64,000 nucleotides of DNA from Tubulanus polymorphus (GCF_964204645.1 NC_134033.1:826131-890130); one strand, 5' to 3'. Shown: positions 24,604 to 38,507, counted from the first letter of the stretch. Program-made: numbers and translations. Notes: generated by a model from the sequence alone, not told the origin.

Positions 24604-27567
24604 CTTATGTTTAATTAATCCTAGATTCAAAATCATAACCAGAACCGTGGAACTTGGTCTACAAACTGTGGAACTGGATCTACAAACTGTGGAACTGGAT
24701 CCAGTATTCTAGGGTGATATGTTTGGACCCCGAATCAAGTCAAACGAAATAAATGTTAATTTATGTTAATGAATGAGCGATTTGCATGCATAATTTACAG
24801 TGAGTTTCATAAAATTCGACCGCGGACTCTTTGAACCCACAAGACTTCACTTAAATGGACTCAAACAATTTACCAGGGTAAAAGAGTAATTATAAAGACT
24901 ACCCACTATTAGATCATGCATGCAACATCACCACGAACACAATATAACAGTAAACACAAGCGCATTACATTTCAATTCAGTTAGAAATCGTATTTTTGGA
25001 AGTGAAAAAGTGGAAAAATTCATCGAAGATTTGCACGAAGTGTCGCTCAGAGTTTATCAGCAGAGTTTACTATACAAAAGTACAAGACAAACAAACGACA
25101 AGAACCGTAAAACAATAGTTTAACAGTTCACAGTGTCTACTACTCCACAGAGACTACAGTAGGGGTTCACATTAGGGGTGGATCCAGATACTGTAGGTGG
25201 TATTAAACTACACCTGAAATATCAGGCGCTTTTTCGAAACCAGCTTGGTGCCATTTGGATTTGAGTACTTTAAAATTTCATAAACGTTTTCCCTTGGAGA
25301 ATGGAATGGAGGATATATGGTTTGTGTTGGAGGACTGGATCCGCCCGGCTGAAACCTGTATTATTGAGTTATAGATTTAAGAAACACACAAATAACATAA
25401 ACATAGAAAATAAAGCGAAGCAGCAAAACTGAATACGGACAATTAGAGATTGATATATTGTAGATAGATATTTGAGGGGTTTGGATACCTACCCGAGCTG
25501 TGTGTGGTGGTGTGAGGGGTTTAAACACTGCGATCGGGAGATATACGAGAGACTAAAACTATTGTATTTTACAATATTCTCGTGCTGCATGTCGCACAGT
25601 ATGTCAGTGCATACTGCTGCATGTAGGAGCATGTTTCCGCATACTGCTGCATGTAGGAACATGTCGCCGCATGCAGGAGCATGTTACCGCATATGGCTGC
25701 ATGTAGGAGCATGTCATCGCATACTGCCGCAATGAAGAGATAAATTACTAACGAAGCTCTTTAAAATGAAATGGAAATTAGTGGCAAGTTCTACAGTAAA
25801 TAATATCAAATAAATCGTAATCACTCAGAAATAAAAATTAAATGGTTCAGTGGGAAATAATATCAAAACAGCATCACAAGATGTGGGACTGGGTAGTGAG
25901 TAACCTGTGGAACTGGTTCCACAGCTTACTGTAAAATAAGGTGCCTTGCATATGAGTTTGTAATGGTAGTCTGGTAATTCATACTATGATGAACTGATAA
26001 TCGACCATAATCTGATGACATCAATTCTATTATTATTTCAGGTCACCTGCTATAATTATAAATCATTCTAGATTGAATCATCTATTCAATGACTCCCGTG
26101 TGACTGACTGACTTTCACATGACTCCCACGCGACTGACTGACAGTCTCTCACTTGAGTCAATGAGCCAACAGTCACATTTTAATTTTAAGTTTGTGATAT
26201 ATCTGCGATAAAAAGTCCGAAGCAATTCTTAACATGAAAAAGCGCCACCTACGCAATATTTACAAAAGTTTTGAAGAGCAAACGGGCAAAATTTGCCCTT
26301 GACCTCGTTACAGGCATTCACCTAAACGGAATAGCCAAGGTCAACAGCTCAACCAATCACATGTGTCAAGAAATTATATATATCATTATATTATCATTAA
26401 GCGCTTTGTCATTTTATACAAATTTACAAAAAAATTATTTGTGTCGTTTATTACTTGGGAGTTATTGTCAAGATAATTACTCCAAATTCATAGCTAGCAC
26501 ATTTTTGAAAATATGGGGGCCACGCGTGCTTAAAATGTGCACAGGAGTAACTACCGTCTGTTTGTACCTATATTAAATGTGTTCTTAGAAAAGTGCTCGA
26601 AACAAATAATCCTTTCTTCATCAAAATAACCAACAATCTAAATTGAGTTTCTAAAATCTGAATTAATATAAACTATTGGAAAAACCGGCCCGCCCCCCAG
26701 ATCCAGTCCGACTAACAGGTATTAGCTAAGCTTGGTTAGAAAAATAAGTTCATTTCAGCTGAAATTCTAACCTTACAGTAAAATCCTAACCCAAAACTGT
26801 GAAAGCAGATCCTGAATTGAAATCATAAAATCCCCTATTTCATTTCAACCAAAACCCTCCCATAAATCCCCTAGTTTGCTATTTCGACCCAAACCTCCCG
26901 AACCGCGTCTGTCAATCGCAGTTCGGAATTTCGAAATACGGCTTGATTTTTAGATCGCACACTCGACCGAGAATGTTTTCTAATATCGACCTATCCTATG
27001 ACCAAAAACGTTATCGCACAAAATATTCGAAAACTCGATACGTAAGAACTAGAATTCGACCCCTAAACAGGTTAAAAGGTTTCTATATAATATCTTATCT
27101 TCACCGTTTAAAGTTCAGTTGCTTTTATCTATCGAAGTGAGTCGCCAGAATATCAAGCGTATGAAATACATGTATTATCATCTAGCGCATGGAGTTCCTC
27201 AAAATATAAAGCAACCTAAATGAACGACGTACTATTATTTGTTGGGCAATCTAGCCAAGACTTATATATAAATTATTATCGCCTAAAGACTGCCCCCCCC
27301 CCCCCAAGCAAAACATCTGATTTCAAACTGCTGGCCGCGTCATTAACTTATAAAACAAAGTCAACAAGTAAAATTAATATTTGATTTTCAAGTGCAGGCG
27401 TCCTACTACTATTAACCTGGGAAAACTACAGGAGCCAGTAGCACAGAGTCATGGCTTACGATTTACTGGTCCGGGACCAACTTAGTTCCATATAACAACT
27501 TGGACCAATCTTTAGATTAAGGACCGATTTTGGACTTAAAGAGTCATGACTCAACGACTGACTCCTG

Positions 27568-27704
27568 GTCCCGGTTCCATAGTCAAGACTTAAGACCGAA
27601 AGTGGTATTAAACCTTAAGATTGGTCCAAGTTGTTAGATTGGCTATAGAACTAAGTTAGTCTTAAACCGATCTTTAGTCTAAGCCTTGACCATGCAACCG
27701 GCCC
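27568..27704. mobile_element. Palindromic Harbinger-like MITE (family B, CTTAAGACC type)
   Basis: CTG|GTCCCGGTTCCATAGTC ... CATGCAACCGGCCC|CTG. Relatives at about 10250-10405, 29760-29850, 53133-53270 and 58195-58333. Confidence 0.65.
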
Positions 27705-27806
27705 CTGGTTTCACGAGCATGATCTATATCTAATGAGGTTCTATTCTCAGATCTAAATTCTACGACGCCGACAGCGATTGGGGAGGAATGAAATTAGCGG
27801 AATGTT

Positions 27807-30800
27807 TTAAAGAGCTTCGTAGCCGGTGTATTTTTTCCGACGACCGATCAAATAAGCGACGAGCACGATGACAACGAGCGCGGCTAGGGCGGCTCCGACT
27901 GCTATCGGCACGACGGTGCTAGTCTTTTTATCTCCCGCGCAAACTTGTTCTGTAAATCAAGAGAAAAAATAGAAACGTAACGATTTTAGAACGGGATCGA
28001 ATCCGAATTCGATTCGACGGTTTTCCGTTTCCATTCAAAAATGTTCGAAACGCAGATTCAGAAAACTGTCGAAGCGGAATTCGTTATTCTTTTCGCGGTA
28101 TTTGAATCGCTTGCAATGATCATCGCGTACGAAGGACGGGTTGAATTTCAGGTTGTAAAGAATTTCGCGACGAAAGATTTCAGTTGTAAATTTCGAGTAA
28201 TCAAAGTTCATTTCGACTAATTACGCGGTTTGATTTTGAGGGATGAAAAAAAATGTTTTCCGTAAGATTAAAAACACAACAATTCTGGAATATTCACATA
28301 TTCGTGAGAAGCAAAATTATCGGTGCAAAATTATCTTGGCGAGATAAGATTTAACCAAATTTCTTAATTTCTTCGTCGACTTGTCATACAGAGGCTGGTT
28401 TTGATTTCAAGACCGGTATTAACTTTAACCGGGGCTGGAAGCGGCAACTCAATTGTAAATGAAAAGTTATCCCGGGATTAGTTAAAACCAGTCTATAAAA
28501 CCAGCTCTGGGTGTTAAATTTAGGGTCAGAGAATCAGCTCATTTCCAATAATTTGACCAGTCAAATCGACCAACTGAGTCCAAAACCTTCTCCAGTGGAA
28601 CCTCCGTCAGAGGAACTCGGATAACCACAAGTTTAAGAAGACAATTTTGATAATTGGGTTAAAACCGATAAGAATTCGCTGGTTCCACTGCTAAACCGCT
28701 TGCGGACCCTAGCGACTTGCGCCCGGTTTTTTCGCGCAACCGGGAAATACAAATATTTCGAAAAAAACTTACTTCCGCCGGTGAAAGTCGTGCTGTTGTC
28801 CGTTTTGAAAGCCTGTGCCGTTAAATTGAACGTATCCATTTTAACGCCGTCCAGTTTGATTTCAGTTTTCGATACGCACGTGAACGAATTCGCGACGCCC
28901 GTTTTGAATTCGCCGAGGTTTACCGCATTCACAGTTCGTACACCTGTAAACCGAACAATATATTATTGTAATCCCCGATCATTTTTTTAACAGATTTTCT
29001 GATGATTTTAATTTTTTCATGGAACCCCAAGGAATTCAGGAACCAGTCATATCACTAACTGCCAATCAATAGGTAAGACATAGACAGAAGCTGTTCAATT
29101 TCACCCGCGATCTAATAACAATCGAAATAAATGTCCCTAAAGTTTATTTTTCAGCATTCATTTATACAAAATTCCCGGCGACGTTCTCCAAGTTTGAATA
29201 TTTCCCTGAATTCCAGGAAGGTGGCCCCGGCAACCTATCATTATGAGCATGGTATACATCTGATGGTCGACGTGAACCGATATCTAAGCGCTCCCGCCGC
29301 CCAAACCTTACCTGGCGATTTAGGGTCCTTGAATCTAGTCGCGTCGACGACGTACGTCATCGTGATATTGTCTAAAGCGTACTGTTTCGCGGTGGCGCCA
29401 GCGGTCAACTGATCAGTCACGACCTCTCCGAACTGTAGCTGTATCGACCATTTATTGTCGAAGAATTTCAACACGATAGTATCGGTGGAATTACCGCAGG
29501 TGCCTCCGGTGACGACCGCTCCCTTCGGTAGATTGACGATCGAGGTCGAGTTCGTGCCCTGAAAATAGTGTCAACCGTCAGTTAGTTATCGAGATGAGTC
29601 CAATCTTTCTGGATCGTAAACCACTTTCATTCTAAATATGTATTCAAAAACATTTTCTAAGGAACAATTTAAGAATTTGAGGGATATACCTCAGAATTTG
29701 AAGGTTTTTGTACTCGAATTCAATTTTAGAATATGAGGGTTGGATTCTATGGATTTGATCTTCTTAAATCTTGAGACTGGTCTTAAGTTGTAAGATCGAG
29801 TATAGAACTTAGTTGGTCTTAAATCTAAGCCATGACTATGCAACTGGCCCCAGGGTTCCACTGAGTCTGACGACCCGTGGATATGGATCCATGTCTTTGG
29901 TTAAATTAGACGAAAGAGTTTCGCAGAACTGAATCCAAAAACTAAGCAAATTATCAGAGAAAAAATAAGTCCCATGAATTATTCGGTTAATTTCCGATGT
30001 TTCGCTTGATTGAGTGAGACTATTCGATCCATTAAAATTCGAATCATATTTTTCTGTTAGCCAGTGAAAGGTTTTCGATCAAGTCGTGATTAAAACATGG
30101 TTTCGGACTGCGCGCTTGATTATACCTTTGACGTGACGTAAGGAATGGTGAATTGGGCTCCCATCTCTAGCACCACGCAAACGGTTACGTTATCGTCAGC
30201 CTTTAAGCTCCAGTGGCCAGTAGGGGGCGTCGGTGATGTCGTCGGTTTAGGTGTAACAGTTGTGACGGGTGGAGGTTGAACGGTAGTCGACACGTCCTGA
30301 TCGCATACGGCCTCTGGAAAAAACACGAGATCGGTCGTAACGATTCCTTCACGATCAATGACAATGAATATCTGAATTGAATTGAACATAATAATTCTAC
30401 CGAAACACTATCAACACAACTTCCAAAATCCAGAAACTATCGGGTGCTCACGTGAGCGGCCTTTAAAGCTCCGCGCAGCCCGTGTGGAGAAATGCTCTTT
30501 AATAAGAGTTCGCGGTCATTTTAAACGGTCATTTCTTTTACTTTTCTATGAAATGAATATCGAATTGAATCGCGTTAAGTTTAACTGGCTGAATATGTAG
30601 AAATTATTTTCGAAAAACGATGACGGATAGCAGTATTGAAAATAAACTGTTATGATGTGTCGTGTATTTGTGGCCTAGTGAACTGTGTGGCAATGTTAAA
30701 TTTCAGGATTCCCCCGGAATTCCCCGACCTTCATCACATTCCCGGATTTCCCTGCAGGGAATTCATTTTCACCTCTTTATTTTGAATCAAACAACTTAAG

Positions 30801-33129
30801 AACGGTTTAAAGATTTGCGGTTGTAAAGTCCGTTCCGAGTTCGTTTTCATCCGAACAATTCAATCCTAAAAATGTTAATACTCACTTTCTTTACTGTAGG
30901 TATCTTTTTTCACGTTATAAACCTGTATTTTCAGTTTCTTGAAGATGATCGATCCGGAATCAGAGTTCGAATCGTTCTGTAATTTCCGCGTTATCGGGCT
31001 GTTACATTCGAAATACTGCTTCGGGGTGGACATCTTTAATTTCTGAATGCCGCTCGCGTACAACATTTCTACAATAAATAACATGGAATTAGAGATCAAC
31101 GTAATAAAACATTTTCCCCGGAAAAAAAAAAACATGATATTTTCGAGTTTTCGTGAATTATTGAATGTCCTTCTGCACACTAGCGACACCTAGTGGATCC
31201 TCACTTGCCACAAGCGGAATCATTTATTGCTGCAGTAGTTGATGTCCTACTGCACACTAGTGACATCTAGTGGATCCTCACTTGCCATAAGCGGAATCCT
31301 CTATTGCTGCAGTAGTTGATGTCCTACTGCACACAAGTGACACCTAGTGGATGCTCACTTGCCATAAGCGGAATCCTCTATTGCTGCAGTAGTTGATGTC
31401 CTGCTGCACACTAGTGACACCTAGTGGATCCTCACTTGCCATAAGCGGAATCCTCTATTGCTGCAGTAGTTGATGTCCTACTGTACACTAGCGACACCTG
31501 GTAGATACTTAAGTACACTTACTGTTTTTTGCGTCAGTTGGAAGAGTCATGTTGAGGGACGCGTCAGTCAGGTACGCGAATCCAGTTTGTTGATCGAACA
31601 TCAACGTCAGAATATTATTACCGAAAACCAACTGGAATTCAGCCTTGGTAGAATTACCGGCGGCGCACGAACCGGGCGCGTTATCGCCAGCAGACGCAGG
31701 CATGGCTACCGTCGTCTGTAAATAGATTCTAACACGTCAACCACAAACCCTGTAACTAACTGTTACCCTCTAAGCCCTAGTCGACCTGATACACTAAGAA
31801 CTCGCTGGACTGCGCCCAGATTTCTATTCTATCCATGAAATAATATGTTACATGGTCCAAGAATATTTCAGGGAAAGCCTGTCTATTGATGCTTTTAAAT
31901 ACTATCTCATAACTTACATTTTTAGAACATTTGAAGCATAATTTTTTTAAATATATCTATGTCTTATCTGTTAAATGTTTTTATACTTTCTAAAGCACCG
32001 CAATTAAATCAAATTCAATCAGTATGGCACTTTATAAGAATATTCATTATTATTATTATTATTATTATGATTATTATTATTACTTACTGTTTTCGTTGTA
32101 TCTATTATTATTATTATTATTACTTACTGTGTTCGTTGTATTGGTTTTAGATTCGTAAGTCGCGAGAATTGACACTTCTAGATCCGCGATCAAACACACT
32201 TTTTTGCCATCTCTAATCTCGACGTGGATCGACTGAGACGTAGCTGTAGGAGAAGGAGAAGGAGAAGGAGGAGATAATGTGGTTACGCTCGTCGAGGTAG
32301 GAGTTGGGGTAGGAGCCGATGTCGGAGTTGGGGGAGGAGCCGATGAAGGAGTCGCGGGAGCTGCAGTAGTTTCAGGCGCCGCTGCGGTGCTGGTGGTATT
32401 CGCAGCTGATGCAGCTGAGGGATTTGGATAAAGGTAGCAAGCAGCGGGAATGTGTGCAAAAAAGAAAACAGAGATAAATCATGCATTTTGTGTTAGGTTC
32501 ATGGTTACATAAACTGAAGTCACTCCTAAAATGGTTAAAATTAAATCGATGAAGAAGATTTTAGGGTCTGGGGAAAAATAAACAAAAAAACAGTACAGTA
32601 CACAGTGCAGGGGGCCAAGTGAGGTATAGAAACTAGAGTTGATAGTGGTGTCCAGGAATTTTGACAAGTGCAGGGCTCAAGAACCTGGAATTTAGGGGGG
32701 GGGGGTCAGCTGAATCTTGACAATAGCAGTGCCAAGATCTGGAATGTTGATTTTGTCAGGGGTCCATGGGAATCTTGACACGTGCAGGGCTCAGGAATCT
32801 GGAAAGTAGGGTGTCCAGCACACTGCACAGCAGGAATTGACAATTGCAACACTCTGATCTGGATCCCAGGATCCCAGGATCTGGTGGATCTTGAGTTTGA
32901 CAAGAAGTGCCCAGATCCGGATTCTTTTCCACACATTGATAGGATAGGCCTACACAAATCCGATTGGGCCTAATCCGAAATCGAAAATGTGAAGTCGAAA
33001 TTTGTAAAAAATCGAAACAATGTCAATGACACGTTAAAACAAAATGACAACCGTTGAAGTAAACTTGAAATGAATGAACTTACCGGCCAGACACAGCACT
33101 AACGCGATTAGACTCCTCAGGTGTTGCAT
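27807..33129 (-). CDS. LAMP: Lysosome-associated membrane glycoprotein (LAMP1/2 family), isoform A. Exons 33129-33084, 32414-32128, 31715-31523, 31068-30886, 30313-30126, 29558-29312, 28943-28773, 27949-27807
   Basis: Signal peptide [15 protein letters not shown]; Thr/Pro mucin region; two LAMP domains with 4 Cys each and many NxS/T sites; Pro/Thr hinge; [25 protein letters not shown]; tail [11 protein letters not shown] (GYxxΦ). All junctions are in phase. Confidence 0.93.
31173..31505. repeat. 77-bp tandem repeat, about 4.3 copies, in a LAMP intron
   Basis: ctgcacactagcgacacctagtggatcctcacttgcc.. repeats at 31173, 31250, 31327 and onward. Confidence 0.92.
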
Positions 33130-33719
33130 TTTGCTGTTTTTTTTACGATCTGTTTCGGGATTTGTGAGGCGGATCTCTATGAAATTGTGAAGCTGTTACA
33201 CCGACTACGGCAGTCGAGTTCACCCCGCCGAAATCTCCCGGAGTAATCGACGAAATGCGCTTCAATTTCAAAAAAGGAACGACAGTGATATTCAAAAATT
33301 AGAAATATTTCTTCCGAATCTTTAGAAATTATCAGCTATGAAGATGAAGAATATTTTAAATGACGGATTAAACATTTTTGGAGGAAATAGGCGGGAGGAC
33401 AATCGTAGGAATAGCCGCGAGTCATATGACTGTCATGTGGTGTTCACCGCTAGGTGGCGATAAAAACCCGGAAATGTTGCGTTAAACTGTAGAGAGTTCG
33501 AATCCCGATTTGATTTATCTATTTATTGAATTTGTAAATAATCTAATCATTGCTGATAATAAAGGCTATTGTTGGTCCAACTGCGGTTTTTATTTTGATT
33601 TTAAGATTTCCGATTTTCTGTCGACTAAATATTGAATTGAATTGAATAGACGCCATCTTGGATTTCATCGCTAGTCTGTGTCAACTTTCTATTCTATTTT
33701 GTGCGCAATTCTTCAGAAA
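33130..33719. promoter_or_regulatory. Bidirectional promoter LAMP/COPS9
   Basis: Divergent ATGs are 590 bp apart. Contains GTCATATGAC and TCATGTG E-box-like motifs (33421-33439), CTCF-like CCGCTAGGTGGCG (33447), CCGGAA, B-box GTTCGAATCCC (33496) and YY1 CGCCATCTTG (33651). Confidence 0.7.
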
Positions 33720-34419
33720 ATGAAGCCAACGTCGAACCCTCCCGTCCCCGATGAGATGTTCCCAGAAGGAGCCGGACCCTATATGGATATTGAGGAAGTT
33801 ATTGAGGTTCGTTCGCGTTTCATTTCGTCATTTAACTCTGGTCAATTATTCCTACTTCAAATTCAATTCAATGTTTCTTTATTGCGTCGAATAATCATGA
33901 GCGCGGTAATAATTGTTCTATATTTGTATTGAACTGTAGGCTGGCGGTTCAAGCGCGTTGCTGATGGATTTAGCAGCTAACGAGAAATCAGTTCATGCAG
34001 ACTTTTATAACGGTAAGAACTCGACGTCACAAGAACTTCAAATTCAAATTAATTAATTATTTATTGGCCCCTAAAATCAGCGAAACAAAATTGGATAATC
34101 TAGGTCTATAATTCTGTAATAATGAAGTCAACAAGACAAACAAGAAACATTAAGATTAAAAAAAGACAAAAATAGTCATCACAATACAAATACGATGGAA
34201 TCTTGATATTGATTATGGCCCTCATTTTGACGTCGAACTTCTCGTGAAATTTAATTACTAACCGATGATTTGGGGGTAGCACGTAACTGTACCACACAAC
34301 ACTGGAGGCGCAGGTTTGCCACACGAAGACTTGCCAAATGGCAAATTTGCCCATTCTTAATTTTCTCCCTTATATTTTCAGATTTCGATGATCTTTTTGA
34401 TGATGAGGATTTACAATGA
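33720..34419 (+). CDS. COPS9: COP9 signalosome subunit 9 (CSNAP/MYEOV2), 3 exons (33720-33797 or -33806, 33940-34012, 34382-34419)
   Basis: [19 protein letters not shown]|[24 protein letters not shown]|[12 protein letters not shown] is near-identical to the known COPS9 peptide. Confidence 0.96.
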
Positions 34420-35831
34420 GGACTTACTCTGCTGGGGGCTTAGTGTGAGGATTTACTGTGATGCGTGGATCAAACATTTTTAAGGGTTTAATCTGTCCGA
34501 ATTCGGCAATGTTTCACTCGGTAAATAACATTTTATGAGCAGCCATTCAATCTAGTTATCCGCGATGCTTCTTCTGTTTCTCGTAACCCAAAAAAATTGT
34601 GACCGCATTTCGAATTTCGACTCAGGCATTTCTCAGCGCGAGAAGGCGCTTCAATTGTTACCATCAGGAGGAACTCTTAGCAATAAAAACAAAATCGGCT
34701 CAAAAAAGGGTTTCCATGAAAAGGTTTTATATATGATTGTGTTTAAATGCCAGTCACCAAATAAACCTTAAAACTAAAATTTTGTTTGTCGCATCTAAGT
34801 CTGGCTCCAGTTTCACAGTTCACAAAAAATTGAACTCTTAAGAAAACGATTCTCTCCTTAAATTCAGTTTATCTTTTAATCGATTTAAAAGTTAGTGAAG
34901 CTGGGCCGGGTATAATTCTGTAAATATTTCATCTGCCTGTAAATACTGTTGTTTGTTGTCAATAAAACATTAAGCAATTTAAAGCTAAATGTAATAGAAC
35001 ATTTGTTCCATTTTACTTTATGTTAAAGAAGAGGCAGTAGTGAAATGGATGACCGTACAGTGCTGCCATCGGCGGAATTTATGTGAACTCGCAATCCAAA
35101 ATTACGTAATTTCCACTTTAAGAAGTTTCTACCAGGGACGACGACTGTGATTGTGATGTAACAGACGTAACAAGCAGCCAGGGCCAAATTCGGTGTTCAT
35201 GATATCTAGTAGACTTAGACTAGTGGTTTGAAACCAATAACCAAATGCGCTCGAATGAAGTTCCGACTATTAACTGGCATTCGGTTTCAGGTTCGACTTT
35301 ACAGTCGCGACGGTCGAATAACTCAGAAGTTGGTCTCTCGTCGAGAAAAATAAACATTTCAGTCAAATTTTCAAACGAAATGATTTTAGATAGAAATATA
35401 AACTTTATTCAGAAGTGACAGGCTGTATGCACATATATATATACATGACACCGAGGACCTTCTGAAACATACAAAACACAAGAGAGAGAGAGAGAGCAAA
35501 TTAAACACACCCGTTCGACCACTGTAATTCCACATCGATGATCCACTTCGCTTTGTTTAAGCATTGTTTAGTATCGAGTGAGTGGTTTGCGTGTGAACGC
35601 GTTCTCTAATTAGGCACGGGACAAATTTGGCCCGAGCCGGATACGGGCCAAACCGTCTCCGTGTGATCGCGGCTATAGACTCTATCGATAGTTTCGACTC
35701 GAAATGAGTTTGTTTCCAACAATAGATCCGCAGGCGCATACAATGGATCGATAGTAGTGTCACGTGTGCAAACTGATGAATTTGAATATAACACTTAACA
35801 CTGCTCACTTAAACACCAACAAATAGGCCTA

Positions 35832-36063
35832 CAGGGTCCGATCTAAACACTTGTCCGATTGCCCGGGACAAGTATATTATCATAAGGGCAAGTAGATTAT
35901 CATTATCACTTGTCCGCCGTGCTAGTGCAATTTTATGTCTCAAAGCATGCGATACAACAGTTGGACCGCTTGTGTAGGGCAAGTAGATTTTTGAGGGGGC
36001 AAGCGAAATTTCGGATATGCTTGCCCCCGGGCAGGCGGTTCTTATTCCTTAGATCGGACCCTG
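35832..36063. mobile_element. hAT-like MITE
   Basis: Perfect 15-bp TIR CAGGGTCCGATCTAA / TTAGATCGGACCCTG, with repeated GGGCAAG subterminal motifs. Confidence 0.75.
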
Positions 36064-38507
36064 AAATATATAAATGTAAAATACCACAAATCGTTGAAAG
36101 ACTAAAAAGTTTATTTCAAATACTAGAATTATTTCGGATGATGGTTCCTTATACTTTTAGAACTGAAGAAAATAAATTTTTAAGTCGTTTTAACTTATTC
36201 TAGGAATTTCACATTTATTCTTTTCATCGTGGATATTGTGATCTAACGCCGATATTTTTTAAAGAACTAATTGATATTTCGACACGTTCTAAGGTGGAAC
36301 CTTCAGGGGACCAGGTTCGTTTTAAATGATAGTTCACTGTACTATGAACTTAATTGATGTTGTCATATATTGGGACAAAATTCTAGTTTTGTAATAACCC
36401 GACAAATCGTCCAAACGAGGTTCCACTGTTTATAGTTTTTACAGTTTAACGATCTCGAAAAATGTATTTTTTTTTCGCGCGAAAACGAAATTTCGGCGAT
36501 AAAAAGACGATTCCTAGTGAAATAAACACGTAGCGATTCCTAGTGAAATAAACACGCAGTGAATCAACCATCGAAGAAATAAATGTAATTTTCAAACGGT
36601 TGATTTTGAAACCTCGTCAGAATCAACTATTCTCTCTAAAATTCGCAGAAGTGTAGTCTATACAGTGCAAAGCGTGCAAATTAAAATCGTTTTTAAAAAT
36701 CGTCTCTTTCATCTCCGCATAAATTGATAGTGAATTAAATATATATCTATTGATTACACTATTTGTGCTTGATAATAATTTATATATATATATATATATA
36801 TATATATGCAAATTCATAATTCTATTTACAATTTTATTGTTCGCAAAGACATATATATCACCTTAATACCAGATGGACATTTAGGGTACCTTAGGGAGGG
36901 GGGTTTGAGTTGCAGGTGAGCCAGGGGGAGGGGGAGGGAGGTGCGGGGAAACCAAAACCCTGTGAATGAAAATCCAAGCAGACACTAGTGATGGAGGGAT
37001 TTGACAATGATACGCGTGAACCATAGCTTGAAACCAGTTCCACAGTTGTGTAAGTAAGTTATATTTCAGCTTGTTGGGGATCCAGTTCCACAGTTCTGGA
37101 CCCAGTTCCACAGTTCTGGACCCAGTTCCACAGTTCTGGACTCAGTTCCACAGTTCTGTGTAAAATGGTACACGATGAAAATTATACAAATAATCTTTTA
37201 GATAGCCAGAGATGTATTAATGATATCATTGATTGGAAATATAATATTGTTGTTAGATTTCACTGAAATCAAGCGTTGTTTTTTTTTTTTTCTATTTACA
37301 TGCGCAGATAAAATAAATATCAATATTAATAAATAAATATATATCCTATAATGTAGAGGGACTTATATCGATCAACCTTAAATTCCAAGTTTCTGCAGGT
37401 ATTTATCTACAGCCTGTCCCTGCCTGCACCCCTCGAGGGAGTTAGCCTGACCCTGCCAGCACCCCTCGAGGGGGTCAGCCTGTCCCTGCCTGCACCCCTC
37501 GAGGGAGTTAGCCTGTCCCTGCCTGCACCCCTCGAGGGGGTCGTGGGGGTACGCATGGATACCGAATTCAAATCTTTATTTAGGGAAAGAAATTGTTTCG
37601 TGCTATTGAAGAAAAAAAAAGCAACTCAATTAAAATAACAGTTATTTACATTTCAGCATTGACGAACATTTAGACAAACCGGCTTAAGTCACGAGTCGCA
37701 CAGTCGTGACTACAGTCCAAAAATGGTCTGAAACCCTAATCTTGGTCTAAAAGCCGTTGAATCGGCTTTAGAACTAAAGATGGACTCAAAGCCATGACTA
37801 TATAACTGCCCCTTAATGTAATGATGACTGTTGATTTACACCAAGTAAATTGAATTGCAAATAAATGTATTTACTAAATATATTTACTATTTTATAAATT
37901 AGCATTAAAAAATAGAGATTACTTCAGTTATGTTACAAATTATCCAAATGATGACTTAACCAGGTTTGACTGTACAATTTGTTTCTAAAATTACAATGTC
38001 ACCACGACTAAGAAAACGTAAATATTTGTGTAACTATTTCAACAGCGAGTGACGTTATTTCGAAATAGCCCGATTGAATCCAATTTAAAATGGTTAACGT
38101 TGATATGACATTAAAATTGAGACCGAGGTTTTCAGGGGTGGGCCCAGAGGCCAGTTCTGAAGGATTTGTCACATCACAACAGGACATTGCGAAGTCCAAA
38201 ATGGCAATAAAACACACCCGCAATGTAGCTATTATCTTTTTCGACAAAAAAGGGCGCTCAAAAAAATTTCGATGGTTTTGAACAAGTCTCAAAAGTAACC
38301 TGTATTCAGGAAATTCAGAATAAATTCAAAAATTTGAATTCTTACTCAATCCTAACCGCAAAATTTGAAACTTAAAACTTGAAACTGGATTAAGAACCGG
38401 TACAAAGAAAGAAATTTCACAACGGGCAAAATGACATGGACAGATTATAGCATTGTGTCTGCTCACTAGGGGGCGTTGATAGGCCGTCTGCTCATCAGGG
38501 GGCGTTA

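Noticed and set aside
23830-27800. A third (LAMP-2A-like, GYxxF) terminal exon
   Set aside because: Looked for by eye; no further TM plus YxxΦ exon seen. A diverged one cannot be excluded without tBLASTn.
28633-28772. Read-through giving a soluble LAMP isoform
   Set aside because: There is a strong GTAAGT donor at 28772, the extension is featureless and lacks the final domain Cys, and there is no transcript evidence.
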